DNA of 64,000 nt from Oopsacas minuta (GCA_024704765.1 JAKMXF010000343.1:310001-374000), one strand, 5' to 3'; positions 25,400 to 39,500 are shown, counted from the first letter of the stretch. A program made the numbers and translations. Notes: generated from the letters alone by a model not told the origin.

Positions 25400-27300
25400 T
25401 TCCCACACAAATTGCATATGAACAAACAAGATATGGATTCATGTCCGGAATTGTACACTGCAATTTTATAACTACCAAAAATGGTAAAAATGATATTAAT
25501 GCTGGAGGAATTTATCAGAAGTGTTTTTACACAAAATTGTTGGAATATATTTTCTTTTGAAAATTTTGCGAAGAATCTATTAAAAGAATTTTACAATTCT
25601 TGTAACCTTAATCAATAATACTAGTTATTGACAAGATGAGAATCTACAAATATACTTATAGTGTTGTTGCTAGGACGAAAAGTTTGTTTAGCAATTAAGA
25701 GAGTAAAGGACGTTTCTGTTTTGGAGTTGTTCTCCATTAACCTCTTCCATATCTATAAATTATTTATCCGTGGTTGACAGTGGAATTTCATTGTTATTCT
25801 CTTAGTATTTCATAATTACGTATCAATAATGACAATAGACTATTCACATGTGTGTAAAGACGTTCGTTTCAGCTCCAAATCTGTGGGAGCGCCAGAGGGT
25901 TCGTGGCGCCTTTCGAGTATATTTCTCGAAATGCTCAACCTCCATAAAAGTTTGGTAGCGAGAACATAAAATCTTCAGAACTGTTCATCACAAATATATT
26001 TCGAGGAATATAATATGATTTATGGTCAGAAAATGTATAGAACATCAAGCCAAATCTGCTATTCAAATATATTAATTAATATTAGCAGTAAAACTGCGTT
26101 AAATAACGCGGAATTCGTTAGGTAATAAACATTCAAAGATGTGTAACAAACTATACGTATTGTAAATGCTTGCCTTATTCTTGGAGAAAAGTTGTATTTG
26201 AGGTAGAATACTCTCTTGTAGCTTAGAAATCAGATCTTGATTCTTAGAAGAATGACTCAAACTCCTAGCAATATACAAATATTAAAATGTGTGCATTTAT
26301 GTGTGCATTAACAATAAAATAATCAATATTTAAAATTAGAATTGAATAATAGAAAATACAAGAATACAGTCTTACATATTTGAGAGAGGAATTCCACAAA
26401 AAAATAATATCTCACAATATTCGCATTCACCAGACAAACGATTTTAGAGGTGATTTAACATTTATGCAAGTCGTACAAACACTAGATAATAAATTTGAAG
26501 TAGAGGTTTGCTGCTGCAGTGAGGCCTAACGCTAACGACACTTCGAATTGAATAAAGAACTCTGATATTCACATGGCTTTAGAACTGACTCGTGCTATCT
26601 AACTAGATATTTCCATTAGTTACGAATGGCCTCTTTCTACCACTGTGGTTATAATTATATGAACAGACTGATAATAATGTATTTTAGAATACTCAAACGG
26701 ATTCTTTAAAATTACAGTCTTGTACTGACTTCACGGTTAACTGGAGCATAACTTCCAATTTTTAAGCGGTCGGTAATGAAGCCTTAATCTAATTGAAAGA
26801 TAAATATTTGTTACAGCTTTAATGAGATGTAACAAATATTTATCTATCGATTAGATAGAGTAAAGAATTTTAGGTAAATTGGCAGACAGAAAATAGACAC
26901 TGAAACCTTTTTATGACGCCTATGAACTCTCACCCCATCACTCTAAAAGTGTGCTTAAAACACCTTCGATTTCAAGGGTAAGATTCATAACTAATCCGAA
27001 TATTTGAACATGTCAAAACTCGAGAAATGACAAATATCCAGTGAGGAAATCTGACAGATGTCAACTTCAAGAGTCTGATAAATACAGTGTGCCTGAAACT
27101 ATGGGGGATAGAGAATGTCTCTGGCCGTAAACAAAAGTTAAATAACCAAAATTCAAACTCACTTGATAAGTTTTGAGCATTCTTTGCTTCCGCTAGAAAC
27201 CTGAACTCTAGAAAAATTTCTGTTATCAAATGTAGCCATACAATATGAATAACTGAAAATTGAATTTTATTATTCAAATTTTACGCAAAATCATATTAAG
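25400..27300 (-). mobile_element. Possible highly degraded hAT (Buster/Charlie-like) transposase remnant
   Basis: Stop-interrupted fragments ISS*IARVSSKAM*I, FFIQFEVS and EILFFVEFL loosely resemble the LSNxTxxRRIxDM, FSLQLDES and EEFLFC motifs in order; weak. Confidence 0.3.
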
Positions 27301-27477
27301 TATGCACAAATAACTGCAAAACGATGAATGAAGTAATTATTCCCCATTCTAAATTTAGACTAATTATACGTAATAATATTAAGCAATTGTGGTGGATAAT
27401 AGACGTAATATTATTATTATTATTGCTAATAGTGAAAAAGTATGCATTTGAATTAATTAGAGATTAGTCTGTCTCAC

Positions 27478-30099
27478 CTGTTTTGTTGTCTAACTCCCAT
27501 TCTGTATATTTTCTTCCCTCCATCATACCAATATGAATCTCCATTCGAATCCTCTCCAATTTTGTCATCAATTTTCTACAGTGACCACACATATAGAAAT
27601 ACAGTAGACCCACGCTAATACGAACAGAGCATCAACAGGAATAAATGGTTCATACTGTTGAAAAAATAAACCTGCATCCACTAAAGTATTTAACGCTTAC
27701 GACAGCGGTTCCCAACCTGGGGTCCACAGAATGTGTTAAAATTGGCCCCGTGGGTGAAAAAAGTTGTTAACCGCTAGCTTACGTCATTCGGCAACATGTA
27801 TATATAATTTTAAAGTCCATTGAAAGTGCTAATTACTAACTCAAGTATTTCTTTGCAATCATAAACTGCAATATTTGTATAAATATACTCAAATCGCCCG
27901 CAAACCTCATTAGACATATATTTCTTCTCAGCTTTGGTCTTGAAGATGGAAGAAGCGTTTTGTTCATGAAAACTTGTTTTCGTGTGAGTTGTAGTGATAC
28001 TGGATGCGTTATGTTTAGTTTTTGTTTGTGTTTGTTTGAGTAGAGATTGCGGCGTTTCAGGAACGTTATATTTCTTCGATTTTGGTGTAATTACTGAGTG
28101 TAGCATTTCTATGAGAAAATAAAGCAAAATCTGAATATTTTCACTTTTGTACCAGTCAATAGCCTAACAGTCAACAAGATGATAGTCACAATTATAAGGT
28201 TCCGTATACGAATAACAAGTATTTTGAAAATCTAATGAATATAATTAGATAAAAGTCTTGCACACTAGAAATTTATCCAATTAAAGTAAGCAAAATAATA
28301 TTTGTGCGTACACATTACTTTTGCATACTAAGTACAGTATATCAACTACATGAAAGAGACTCGTAAACAACAAACTGTAATTATACACACAGTCATCGTA
28401 ATTAATCTAATTTTAACAAGAAATGTATCAAATGCAATCTAGCTGTTCCATATTATCACTCAAATTCAAGATAAAAGCAAACTAGCCTGCCAATTTATCT
28501 TATTTCCCAAAAGTGACCAATTGGAATTTTTTTTACCCAACAAGGACATAATATCTACAAATACACACATAATTATTCATACAACTTGCTGCAGCTAATC
28601 ACAATATAAGCAGTGGTTCCCAAACTGTGGTCCATCAATGGAACCCTTGGTGGTCCTTGGACGACAGCAGGGGCCCACAGGATCTCATAATTTGTATTGT
28701 AGGATATAGGAGGGATATAACACGCTTGGTGTAGGGGAGGCCCACTGGCGACAAACTATTGCAATACACGAACAAAACAGAATTAAAAGAATTGGCCACT
28801 AAAATATTTCAATTGGGAAACGTCACTGCTTAAAATGAGTCACTTATATTTGAATAACTTTAATAGAATTCATAATACATTTATTAGAACAAAGAAGCCC
28901 TCGATTCACAGATAAACCAAACTCAAGTAGACATAACGAGTCTGTAGCCGTCACAATGATTGGCATATTATACCGAAGTCAATTCTAAATATGTACACAC
29001 TTTTATGGCGAATTTTAATACAAGTAAATTCGTTCCGATTCAGCCTAATATAACCAAATATTATTACCTCTGAATTCAAAAGGTAATTAGTGTAATCAAA
29101 GTTGTTCTTGTATGGCAATTGCTTTGTGCTAAAGGAAGTATGGCAGGAGTTCGGAAGACAGGATAATAGGTTTATGGAAATTTTGTATAGGGAAGGCAAA
29201 GGGGTGGGAAAGTATCGTTAGATAAAATCGTGACCCTCAGTAGACGTCCGACAGTAATTGCCACTACAATTGGCTGTGCACCATCTACGGAGAAAAGGTA
29301 TATGGAACATTTGGTGATCCACGGACGACAGCAGGAGATATACAGGATCTCAAAATTTGTATTGCAGTCTATGGGTGCAAAAGGTTGGAAACCGCAGTAA
29401 TGAAATATTATCGGGGCAGTAAACAGAAATTTACATCAACAAACTAAAGAACACCTAAGTCCAGTAAAATACTAATTACTACTAAAGCAATTCATTTATC
29501 AACTATTCATGAATTCACCAAAATCATCGTTTTATATCAAGTTATTAACCACAATTAAACTTCAATAGCCTGCTAATTATCCGGAGATCTAAGAAATGGT
29601 AAAGAATGTAATTAAATGATCTGTAAAATTTGACTTGATTGACAACCACTAATGCATTTGGAATGTTGCACACTTGAATGGATTTATAAATTACACACGT
29701 AGCGTATGGATATTTGTAACACTATATCATAGATACTAACCACATAGGACTTGTATAAATTGATATTTTTGAGCAAAGTTGTCGAGAGTGAATTCATAAA
29801 AATATAATATACATGTGTGTACATGTATCTTTGAAACTCCTTTGCCTATATTTATATACCAAATTTGGACAAATTACATTCTAACTTGGTCCAAAAGTTG
29901 TACACATCAGTATTATGTAACATTTACCTGGAGGATTGTAATCTTTTTTCTTAGCCAGCTCATCTTGAGTAATTGCATGTGAGATCTCGCCAGCACGTAC
30001 AGACAATTCATTCGATTTTTTGCTCTGCTTCGTATCCAATTTAGAAATACTCAAACTCACGAGCGAACCTTTCTTCTTGCCTTGTTTGAACTGAGCCAT
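27478..30099 (-). CDS. Three linked exons (30099-29928, 28108-27906, 27575-27478), probably the 5' part of the BCL9-HD1 gene; linkage through 24-25 kb unresolved
   Basis: Phase-compatible GT-AG joins give MAQFKQGKKK...YNPP-EMLHS...MSNE-KIDDKIGEDSNGDSYWYDEGRKYTEWE; same strand and basic/Ser-rich composition as the downstream gene. Confidence 0.5.
28611..28710 (+). mobile_element. hAT-type (Charlie/Buster-like terminus) short element; related pieces at about 6225-6330, 27703-27730, 29300-29397 and 53040-53134 (reverse)
   Basis: Terminus CAG(T/C)GGT(T/A)CCCAA and shared internal GGACGACAG..CACAGGATCTCA(A/T)AAT.TGTA. Confidence 0.65.
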
Positions 30100-30893
30100 T
30101 CGCCTGCGATTAGATTGTTACTTTTGCGGCATAACTGTTCTACCAATGCTAGAAATATTCATACGTAATAATACCATATGACATTTGATACAGTAATTTT
30201 GATCGGCAAGTCTATGTAGGGAAATTATCGATATTATACAAACAATCAACAGCGGTTTTTAGGTTTCGAAGTAATTGTATAGATTATAAAGATTTACAAT
30301 ATAAGGAAGAGAATCTGAGCAATGCCACTTAAACCGACAAGAGTGCCTATTCTACGTACCATATTATTCACCAGTAATACATGGCATTATGGTATTATTA
30401 ATTTGATATACTTTATGCATACAATTAATAAATCAGACATGTAGAAATTTTTCATATGTATATTACCCTAGTGATTGAAATGGGTCAATGAAATGCCATT
30501 CGTAATGTATATGAGAGGGGAAATTAGAGAAGTGACCCAAGTTCATTACTTGTGTTTACTAATATTCAGTTGTATCACATGATGATATTATTATGTAATT
30601 ACTTAAGTTTACAAGCTAAGGGGGAAGGTATTCCGTTAATATAATATTCATACAAATTCAATGATTTAAAAGAGTGTAATGATTAATATATTATCAAAGC
30701 AAGTGTGCCTGTTTCCAGAAATAATCAATAACAAACAGGTATGAAGCAATTGCATTAGTGATTTTTTTGTGGAGAGAAATAAATATTTTTTATAGAATAA
30801 TATTTGTCATGAAAAGATACTATTAAACGTATTTTATCTATTATATTGTATGATTAAACATAGAAGGACAAAGGACAATTAGTAACAATTATG

Positions 30894-33800
30894 TCACCAA
30901 TCTTTGAAAGGGTCAGTCTTGTCTGCATCACTAAATCCGCCATAACTGACATCATCCGATTTCAAACTGACATCTAATCCACTTTGTATTTCATCATTTG
31001 CTTTCGTGCTTGTATTCTCTTCCTCTTGTGTTTTAGAACTTTTAGTTAATAGTTGCATGTATGTAGCCATTGGATCTATAGCCACTTGTTCATTTGATTT
31101 CACTGGGCTATCGGAATGTTCTGGGATGTTGGTTGATTCTTGAGAAATAATATCATCCGATTTTGCAGATAATTGGGTAGAATTAGGATTTGCAACAGCA
31201 CTAGGCTCCAATTCTTCTATGGGATTTGCAGGCGTTCCCACTTGTTGTAGTATAGGATTAGACATAGTGGGAATAATGGGAGTATTTATTAAATCTGTTT
31301 TTGGTTTAGCTGGTGTGTCCATTAGTAGCGGTGTATCCATTCGAAAAATCTCAGATTGGGGAATTATTTTTTTATCGAACTCATTAACAGTTTCTGCGGG
31401 TGTTTTCACTTGTTCAGATGTAGGAATCTCTTTATGAAACTGATCCATTTCTGCCTGTACTTGTTCGAGTTGTTCTGCTCTTTCGACAGCTAGCCTCACA
31501 GCTTCATCTCTAGCTTTTGCTCGTGCAGATATTTCATTAGTTCGAGAGATGATATCCAATGCTAGATAGTCCTCCATAGGAATAGTATTGGCATCGGGAT
31601 TGTGTTTAACCTCTGAAGAAATAAATTCTATTCGTTTGCCCGTGTTCTGTGTAATGTCAGTAGATTGGCCTAGTGTTACTGTGGGATTTGCTCTTTCATT
31701 TGATTGATGTGTAGGTACATTATCTAAAGGCAAATTTGATTCAGCATGTATTGTGCTTGTAACATCAATTGTTTGTAAGGCATTCGATTGATTATTAATA
31801 GGAATGTTATCTCGAGCAGAATATGTTGGCTCATTACCTGTTGTATCCTGTAACCGATGGAATAGCCTGATTGGATCTATTGAGGTGCTAGCAGTCAAAT
31901 CAGGTGACATACTCTCAACTAAGGGAGGGTTATCATTTAGTTGATTTGTCTGTATAACAAGTGGACTTACAGATGTATCATTTTCGTTCAGAGATACCTC
32001 ATATATCTGATTCATTTCCTCTTTGCTGTCAGAGGATAAACTAATATGTGTTGGGTTAGATAACAACTGATTGTAAGAAGGCATTGAAGGGAAGTTATCC
32101 TGTGTTGTGTAAGAAGAAAATACGCCTGTAGATTTATTTCGCTCATCTAGAGGAGATATATTCACACCGGCTGTAAGATTTATATCCGTCAGACTAGTAA
32201 GAGAGAAAGAAGGCAATGATTTATCAGTAGGTATTTCAGTGGGCAATTTAAGTTCTTTTCTGGATTGGAATTGAATTTGTTGTAGGAATGCATTTGGGTC
32301 GAGCGTGCTTGCGTAAGGAAAATCTTGGAATATATCGGTAGATTTGTAATGTTTATCCATGGCTGTGCCTCTGAGTATTCTACTATGAACCTGTTTGTAA
32401 GAATGTTCCAATTCCAGAGCCTCCCGTTCTAATCTTTCTAAAGATGATTTTGCTTCCTGAACGAAACTCACATCACTCCCAGCCAATGAAATATCACCAG
32501 TGTCATTGAAGGCAGTTTCCGTTATATTGTTAGTTGGCAGTTTGATACGAACCCTACTCAATTTCGGTTTGTTTAAGAGATCGGGTTGGTCCTTCGTATG
32601 TGTGAATAAGGGCGGTGCAGAGTGTAATGTTTGATTTCTAAGAGATGATTTGATTGGATGAGAATCGAAATGAGTTTCTCTAGTTCTTGTGCTATTAGCA
32701 GTCCGTACTCTAAGATCGGATAGCTCATGGTTAAGCTGCTTAACCAACATCTGATGATCCCTTAAGGTCTCTTTCAAGCATCTTTGTTGATAAACAGCTG
32801 TTTCAAGCTGTGATTGTAACTGTTTATTCTCTTGTTGTTGAAGGATTTGTTCTCTTTTATGGCTGTGTTTCTCACTGACAAGCTTGTTATGTAACTCACG
32901 TACATCTTCTGATGGTTCTTGAAGTTTAGATCTGAGTTCTGAAATAAGTATCTCGTACTCTCTCAATCTTTCATCTTTAATTGCTTGATTCTTGCCAACA
33001 TCAAGTTTAGTCATGTACAGTTCATTTTCAAGTCTTACAGTCTCACTTTTCAACACATTATAATCACCCATTCTTTCTAGATTTTCGCTCAAAATGGATT
33101 TGTCTTTCTCGGCTAAAAGTTGTGCCTCTGTAGAGACATATACAGCTTCTTGTAGCTTAAATAGCTGGGATCTGAGATCAGTAGTTTCTTTGATTTGGTG
33201 TGAACATATTCCTTCGAGCTGAGACAAGCTGCGTTTCTCCTCCTTCAACGTAGCTTCTTGTAGTTCTAGATATTTGAGTTTATCTTGATATTCCTTCTCT
33301 AAACGAACTTGTTTTGCTGATAAAGCGTGTTGATTTGTAATTTCATTCTGTTTATTCGTATTTTCTAAGTTCAATTCTCTAAGTTTGAGATTTTGTTCCA
33401 AACACATCAATCTTTCCCTCTCTCCCTTCACTCCCCTATCTTCTGCTTCTAGAATCCTCCTCGCTTCTAATTCGCGGTTTTTAACACTCTCAAGTTCATC
33501 TAAAATCTTCTGTCTCTGAGAAAATAGAGTAGCATCTAACTCAGTTTCACGTTTCTTCATGCCCTCCATCATATTTCTTTCCCTCTGTTGTAACCCTTTA
33601 AGTCTCTCTTGATAGAACATTTCAGTTTGTCGGCGAGTTTTCGCAATTTCATCCTGCATTTTACTTTCGCATTCAAGCCTCATTGAAGCCAATTCTCTCT
33701 CTTTGAATCGATTCATTTCCGATTTGACCTGCTCATTAGCTCTTGTTTGGCATTGTCGTTGAAATGCTAACATTTTCTCCTGCATAGAGTAGTGACTATA

Positions 33801-34638
33801 TTCTCTCTCTCGCTCTGACAATTCTGAATATGCATGTTCTATTTCCATTAGTTTATCTTCTAAACAGTCTCTCTGTGTGTGGCTTTTGTGTGTTTGAGTG
33901 TGTATGTCTCTAGAAGAATACAGAAGTAAAATTATATTCAGAAAACAAACCATGGAAAATATTGTATACTTGAGCTTAACTGAATTTATGGTAGAACTAG
34001 TTCTTTCGACTAACAAAACTTCCACCTTGGTGGATAGATTAACAGGGTTGTAGTGTAGGGACTAGGAAGCCCGTAGGAAGTGGGTGGCCATTATTGGCAT
34101 GGAAATGAAAAGTGGGGCCTACCAACAGCCAAATCACTTCTATGGGCATTAAATTTATAAGTAACGAATTCGAATTCGAAGTTACATAATTAGATAAGTC
34201 GAATGATTAGGTATTTCTAAAAATCCTGAAATACCTCTTCTGTATCCCTCTATTCTTGGTCATTTCTTCAACTAGAAAAGTCAAAACAGAATATTTTCCT
34301 CTAAGATCTGCGCGCAGTATATCTTCTATCTCTCCTCTACCCATGATACCTTCCCTTCCACAACCCCCTTCAATAAATAAAATTGATAAGGTGTATTCTA
34401 GTCCTGTTATCTCAAGATATTCTGCTAATATGCTCACACACAAACGCCCCCATCTCTGCGTGGCTGACTCGCAACTAATAGGTCTGTCCCTAACCAAGGA
34501 CTGTAGTTCTTGCACGACCTTGCCTCGTAGCTGCGCTTTTATTGAGGACAATACTCCCCTCTCCTTCAATTCGGAGAATAAAGTAGATCTCACATCTTCT
34601 TGTGAACTCTCAGTCACTGATACAGGAGAATCAGACAT
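30894..34638 (-). CDS. OFD1: Centriolar/ciliary protein OFD1; exons 34638-34235 and 33909-30894
   Basis: LFSELKERGVLSSIKAQLR and LisH-like LCVSILAEYLEITGLEYTLSIL; EKMLAFQRQC..EMNRFKERELASMRLE coiled coil; C-terminal IDPMATYMQLL. Phase-2 intron 33910-34234. Confidence 0.85.
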
Positions 34639-34678
34639 AAGCTATAAGTTTATGACAAAATTTCAATTGGAAATTGTG

Positions 34679-34823
34679 GTGGTTACTAAGCCACAGACGG
34701 GACATCCGGGGAAATAACGCTAAATGAAATATCCTTTTTAGGGGAAATTTACCCCTGTCCAATGTTTTAGTCATTTTCCGGGTGTCCCACCTCTGTTCCG
34801 TTCGTCCCAGATGTTAGTAACTA
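34679..34823. mobile_element. ~145-bp inverted-repeat element just upstream of the OFD1 start
   Basis: GGTTACTAA ... TTAGTAACT termini plus subterminal inverted repeat GGGACATCCGGG / CCGGGTGTCCC. Confidence 0.55.
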
Positions 34824-34955
34824 AATTGTCTACCTCTAGGAATGGAAACTGTAACGGACATACAAACGTACGGATTAGGAAGGTTTAGTAATTGTTGATA
34901 CCTAAATCAAGATGGAAGGAGTTTCATCCTACAAATAGTCATATAATACTACTAA

Positions 34956-35429
34956 AGTCGAGTGTGCATGCTCAGTAGTTGGAGTATGCATCTTATCTTT
35001 GGAATGCAGGATTATTGCGTTTTGTGACACAATTCTAATTATTGTTTGTTCTTGGGTGTTGTTTTATACCTGCTAGTTTTAGTTCAGGGCTTCTGAAGCG
35101 ACAGAAGGAATGTAAATGAAAATTTCTCAAATTAGCGAATTAAAGTTTATAAGTAGAGTATTATTTCACATTATGACACTATTCTAATTAGGGTTTTGAA
35201 TTTTGCCTTGGAATTGTATCAGGAATCACAGACCTATATGTATGCCATCATCATACTCGATCCGTTGAGCATGCAAGCACGGCTGCACGGATTTTGAAGT
35301 GGTCCGGTTAAACGATACCAGCTCTACCAAAGTGATCCGATTGAAATCTCACTTACCATCGAACTTTTTGGTGTACTGAAAGTACCAAAAGTGGTCTGGT
35401 GGCGCCTGCCCTGGCATACACACTCGACT
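34956..35429. mobile_element. ~470-bp element bounded by 16-bp inverted repeats
   Basis: AGTCGAGTGTGCATGC at 34956 and GCATACACACTCGACT ending at 35429 (15/16 match). Confidence 0.5.
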
Positions 35430-35434
35430 ATGTG

Positions 35435-35644
35435 AGCATGAACACTAAAAATACCAATACCCAGGTTGCTGTTGTAAATATGAAGAATTTGTCAGAGAAA
35501 GATGGAAATGATAGCTGCAGTTGGCTTGGAAAACCCAACATATAGATAGCAAGTAGGCATTTTCGTGAGTTGTTGTTTTCAGCTTGTAACTAATAGTGTA
35601 TCCAGCTGAGCAAATCAAACAAGTACATATATTATTCGTAGGTT

Positions 35645-35693
<49 letters not shown>

Positions 35694-35745
35694 ATTAGAA
35701 TTCACTGATAGTTAGATTTTATTCTCGTTTTGAGTGATTTGATGG
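35435..35745 (+). pseudogene. Orphan 3' remnant (cytoplasmic tail and 3' UTR) of a paralog of the CTL-Ig receptor
   Basis: ACCAATACCCAGGTTGCTG..AAATATGAAGAATTTGTCAGAGAAAGATG..CAGTTG.CTTGGAAAACC matches 46332-46406; GTTTTGAGTGATTT also matches ~46630. Confidence 0.75.
35646..35692. repeat. (TG)n microsatellite
   Basis: Perfect TG run of about 22 units. Confidence 0.95.
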
Positions 35746-36333
35746 AACTTGTTTTCCAAAAGCCTCCCAGAGGTTCTATTGTATTATTCTTCTCTATTAA
35801 ATAATATTGTAATTACAAAATCCTACAGCTTTACTATTTACGTCAAAATTGCCGTAGTGATAGACTCTAACAAGTTTATGTAATTACTCTTCAACATATT
35901 ACTTCTAATAACTGCCGAATGTAAAATAATAATCGAATATAACTTTAGTACGAAAATATTTGCAAGTGTAACAATATTATACAAATTTTAATTAATTAAA
36001 TTCAATCTGTTGATAAATTACGTAAAAATTGCCGTAGATAATGCTTTTAAGATAGAGTCACTAAACACCTGACTGGCCTGACCGTTTTCGCTGCCCCTGG
36101 AATTGTCTGATAAAATTACTCTGGATATATTACTTGATTATATTGATGTATATATTGCATGATGTATACTTTCAATATATTGAGTGTGTTATAATCACGT
36201 ACTAACTAGTGTTTTATGGGAGAGTCAACCCTTTTTTTTTTAACATTAATACAATATATATATTATAAATCATTGTACTTCAGCAATAGATTCGGAGTGT
36301 TTATTAATACTCGTAATAAATGCCGTAGGTAAA

Positions 36334-36432
36334 GAAAGCAATCTCCAAAACTTTCACCTACGAAAGCAATCTCCAAAACTTTTGTCCATGAAAGCAATCT
36401 CCAACTCGTCTCAAAGACAGCTATATATAAGC
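36334..36432 (+). promoter_or_regulatory. Three 28-bp-period repeats followed by a TATA-like box upstream of the CTL-Ig receptor
   Basis: GAAAGCAATCTCCAA at 36334, 36362 and 36390; TATATAA near 36425; ATG at 36501. Confidence 0.45.
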
Positions 36433-36500
36433 TATTGTTAATGTAAGTGACAACATTATAAAAATATTTCATTTGGTAAAGGAATATCAATCAAATTCAA

Positions 36501-39500
36501 ATGAAGTATATTTATTTCATTTTATCGCTATTGGTGCTTCAGTTGCATACACTAGTCTACTCACAAGGTAAGTAGATTGTGTTCATTACATAGATAATTA
36601 ATATACGGTAGAACTGGGATAAGACGTACTCCCTCGGGAAACTGACATTTGTATGTACTAACCGTAGTAGCCTCTTATTCAAATATTATTCCTATACAAT
36701 TAATACAAGAAATATATAATCATTTTTGGAGAAAGCCAACAACAAAATTGCTAATTGAACATACTAAATAATGCAAAATCTGATTTGGGAACTGAAAACA
36801 GGTTGTTGCTACTTGACAAATAAACGCTATTATTATTCAGAGCATTAATCTACCGTGTTCCATCTAAGAAACAGGACCGGAGGCCATCACCGGAGCACGC
36901 TCATATTTAATTGCAAACGATTTCCAATTTTATCGATATCCTACATAAAATTCAATATTGTTGCTGGGCCAATTTTCATAATCCACATTAAAATACGGAT
37001 TAGTTACAACTGGCTTGACATTACGCATTTTCTCTAATATATACTTTGCATTGATCCAATTCCATACTGATTATCTTGAATACAAATCCAATGTTATTGT
37101 AACTCTGGAGGATGAAAAGGAGTGCCCTCCATTTTTCTCGAGCAGGAGTGCGCTCCAAAAATGAGGAACGCAAAATCCTCTGCTATTATCAGATTTGCTT
37201 ATAAGCGCACTCTACTCTACACATATACTTAAACATACAAACTCGCGTTATAACTGAGTGATTCTTTACCCCCTGTAGCTTAAAAGTAATTGTTAATACT
37301 CCGCTCACAACGAAATGAAACCGTGATCCTAAACAATTGATTATAATGAGAGTTTACTGTAGTTATATTCTTACTATTGACATTTATCCAATGTATTGTA
37401 GCACCCACAACTGGTTGTGATGCAATAACAAGTGAAGGGACATGTTTCAGTTATTTTACAAGCTCTGGTCTTAATCAGGTGGATTCTAGACAACAGTGTC
37501 TTTCAAGTGGTTACGACTTAGCTACAATAACATCACTTGAAGATATGACACTACTGTATAGCACAAGTACAGGTTCAATAGATTGTTGGATAGGACTCAA
37601 TGATATAGACATTGAAGGGACATTTGTTTGGATAGATGGTAGTGATAGCACATATAGGAATTTTGCTAATGGTCAGCCTAATGGTGGACCAGGTGAAAAC
37701 TGTGTATTCCCAAGTCAGGGGAATTCAGGGCGCTGGATTGATATTCAATGTAGTGGAATAGTGACCTGCTACTTCTGTAGCACCAGTGGTAAGTGATTAG
37801 AATATAGTAGTTAGAATATAGGAATATGTCCAATTTTTTGAAGAGTCACAGTCGTAACCAGTTTTTTCAGCTATTTCTTTACAGGAAAATGTAACTAGAA
37901 TAAACGATAGTGATAATATACTGATGCAAATATATGTAAATCCCACATGCTGAGCAAGAAATATTGATAGAAAAATTTGATAGTAAGATAATACTAGTTT
38001 CTTTTTGAGAATTTAAGAACAGTACCATACATTTTACATTTTATCCTTTAGTGAACGCCTTTGGAGAAGTTATTGCATCAACAGCCTCACCCTTATCAGA
38101 CAATGCAATTATAACATCAGACACTACTCTCTACTGTATTACAGAGAATATGAACACACCAGAAGTGATGTGGAGTTATGTAGATCTATCTGGTATCAGA
38201 ACTGATCTCACTTCTACAACTGATCCTAATACAGGAGTTAGTACTATACAAGTGTACACTATTCAACCAGGATACTACAGCTGTAACGTTACAGAGAATG
38301 GAGGGATGAGCAGAACTTATACAGCTAATATACAAAATACTAATTTAAATGCAGGTAGATTATATTTCTCCTATCAGTGTTTTCCTGGCTGTTTTGGCGT
38401 ATCGCGCCTAACGCCTTAAACAGAGGCATTTATCATACAAGTAATATCAGGAATTATTCTACCATTGTGCTCCATTAATCTACTCTTAGATACTTCTCGT
38501 TGCTTTTAGTGTAGTTCCTATAGGAAGATGCCCTAATGGCATGGACGATGTGTTTCTTCCGTCAGTCCACACGGACGTACTGAATCTAGCTACCCAATTA
38601 ACAATTGATATACATATACATTCTGGGGTGTAGATTTGCAACGAGGGCTATGAATTTTTCTAAATTGTATTTTTGCATGCACATATAAATAATAGAATCC
38701 ATGTGCATTTTGAAATTACTTTATCTGTAAACCTAATTAAAATGATCATTTTCATTGACATTTATCCAATGTATTGTAGCACCTACAACTGGTTGTGATG
38801 CAATATCAAGTGAAGGGACATGTTTCAGTTATTTCTCGTTGGCAAATCCCGGTATTATCTTTGAAGATTCTAGACAGCAGTGTATTTCAAGAGGATATGA
38901 CCTAGCTACAATATCATCACCTGAAGAGAATGCATTGCTCGCTACTATAATTACCGTCACATCTGATTGTTGGATAGGACTCAATGATATAGACATTGAA
39001 GGGACATTTATTTGGGCAGATGGTAGTAATGATACATACAGGAATTTTAATGGCGGTGAGCCCAATGGGGGAACCAATGAAAACTGTGGACAATACAGAA
39101 CAGGGGGAGGATGGAATGATGCGCCATGCGGTGCACTACTTTGCTACTTTTGCGGCGTTGATGGTAAGTAACTAGTGACATTTTTATCGAATCATAGAAA
39201 TGTGCAAAATTGCTTGATTAATAAGAAAATTATCAATTTTTGCGAGTTATTAATTTATACAATATCTTGATACGATTTTTGAATTTAACAAAATATCTTT
39301 TAGTGGAAGTATTTGGAGAAGTACTTGCTTCAACATTTTCACCATTATCAGACAATACAATTCTAACATCAAATACTACTCTCTACTGTGTTACAGAGAA
39401 TATGAACACACCAGAAGTGATGTGGAGTTATGTAGATCTATCTGGTATCAGAACTGATCTCACTACTACAACTATAACTGACCCTAATACGGGAATCAGT

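Noticed and set aside
36334-36410. Regularly spaced direct repeats resembling a CRISPR array
   Set aside because: Only three units, 28-bp period with ~7-13-bp spacers, eukaryotic context and no cas genes.
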